From NCBI GenBank assembly GCA_032718475.1, contig JAUCBJ010009024.1:1-47054 (forward strand): a DNA stretch of 47,054 bases, in the 5' to 3' direction. The DNA comes from Nemertoderma westbladi (Eukaryota; Animalia; Xenacoelomorpha). The notes beneath the pieces were generated by a model, which saw only the letters and a list, made by a program, of their open reading frames with translations, had not been told where the DNA came from and did no database searches. Below, in pieces: positions 45,905 through 47,054 of the stretch (position 1 is the stretch's first letter; every line of letters starts with the position of its first letter). Made by a program: the position numbers and the translations under genes.

Positions 45905-46627
45905 TATCCAACTGGCAGTTGTGCTAACATTTGGCTATCAAAAATGGCAGTTGTGGTGACAAAAAAATAGTGGTAACAAGTTGAGCTGACATTTGATCAG
46001 GGACATGTGTCCGACGTTTTGATCGGGTCCCCATGTACTCTTTGTAATGTTAGCACAAGTGCCACTTTGCAATACCTGAAATGTGAGGGAAAAAAATCGT
46101 GTATCCCTTTAGCGTCCTCTTCTTGAACATTCAAAAATCATTGACTAGAGTTCTGCTAACATGCAATAGTTGTGCTAACATCAAACAAATGACACCATCA
46201 ATATTGATTAAAATTATCTCATGGAATTTATAACACGAGTTGTAGGAACATTAATTGTTTACATGGAGTGAACGGCGATGCCATTGTTAGAGAAAGCAAT
46301 ATATCGAGCTTGAAGGCGAATATATGTCTGCTGGCCAGACAGTAGTGTAGCTAATGCAATGGATGGGGCAGCCGGACTACGGCGATACTGATTTGTCATG
46401 TAAATAGGAAGGCCCCTTGCCCCACAAATTCGGGTTCATAATAATTCGGGGTAGTGTAAATTTATCTGTGAATATGAAACACTACTGGAGGCAATATTAA
46501 GGGTACTCTTTCACTTGCTTCCTTCTCTTGTTTTTACGTACAAGGCAAGGGGGACTGGACTCCACACTAACTCCCACGGATGAACACAGTGGATGATCTC
46601 ATATACATATTATATATTGTGCTGTGC

Positions 46628-47054
46628 GAGGGCCGTATTTCGATTTTAAATCAATTTTTTGCATTACAAACAAGATTTATTAATCCTTAATAAAACCAAA
46701 TAATTTGATGACCATATAGGTTTTTTGGGATGCTGATCACGAACATGACACTCAAAAATATCGTTAATATCCAACCAAAATTTCGAAGAAATCGAATTTT
46801 GGCGTTTGAAATTTTACGCTAACTTGTATTTTTCGTCCCACCAGACAAGCACCAAAAATGATTGTTGCGTTACCAGAAATTATTTTTAACGAGTTGTATC
46901 GTGATCAGCGACCTTGAAAATCGGTACAGCTTCAGAATTACCAAACCCAAGGCAAAATTTAACAGTTTATAATTTTGTCCTATTTGTACTTTTCGTTCTA
47001 GGGCACCAGAATGGCACGAAGAATGGGTTTGCTTTACCAGAAATATTTGTAACT
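46628..47054. mobile_element. Probable DNA-transposon terminal region, cut by the window end
   Basis: Subterminal-type motif gctgatcacga (46732) recurs inverted as tcgtgatcagc (46899). Repeated taccagaaat. Confidence 0.35.

Noticed and set aside
45621-45930. SLPSL/PHFPH ORFs
   Set aside because: Translations of the G-rich repeat.

Overview
AT-rich eukaryotic DNA, probably from an invertebrate animal (inference), made almost entirely of nested transposable elements and satellites. I recognise no conventional host gene, rRNA, intact tRNA or CRISPR array. Main contents in order: a CRE-like non-LTR retrotransposon with an N-terminal Ulp1/SENP-type protease, two frameshifts and an apparent in-frame loss of its endonuclease (~3261-7521); a ~6 kb 19-bp satellite with ordered variant units (7990-14010); a ~3.6 kb 15/17-bp composite satellite (15001-18587); an LTR-like segment interrupted by a 5'-truncated CR1/L2-group LINE; a TTAA-flanked piggyBac-like non-autonomous element; a chimeric DUF4806-like/transposase ORF; piggyBac and Sola2-like transposase pseudogenes; an apparently intact two-ORF RTE-X-like LINE (39512-44170, minus); and an intronless zinc-finger/acidic-repeat ORF followed by a G-rich array. 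Several MITEs have clear target-site duplications, there are several fold-back palindromes, and TAC(A/T)GTA motifs look over-represented. The protease-bearing retroelement is the best candidate for something undescribed. All family assignments come from motif recognition by eye, not database searches.
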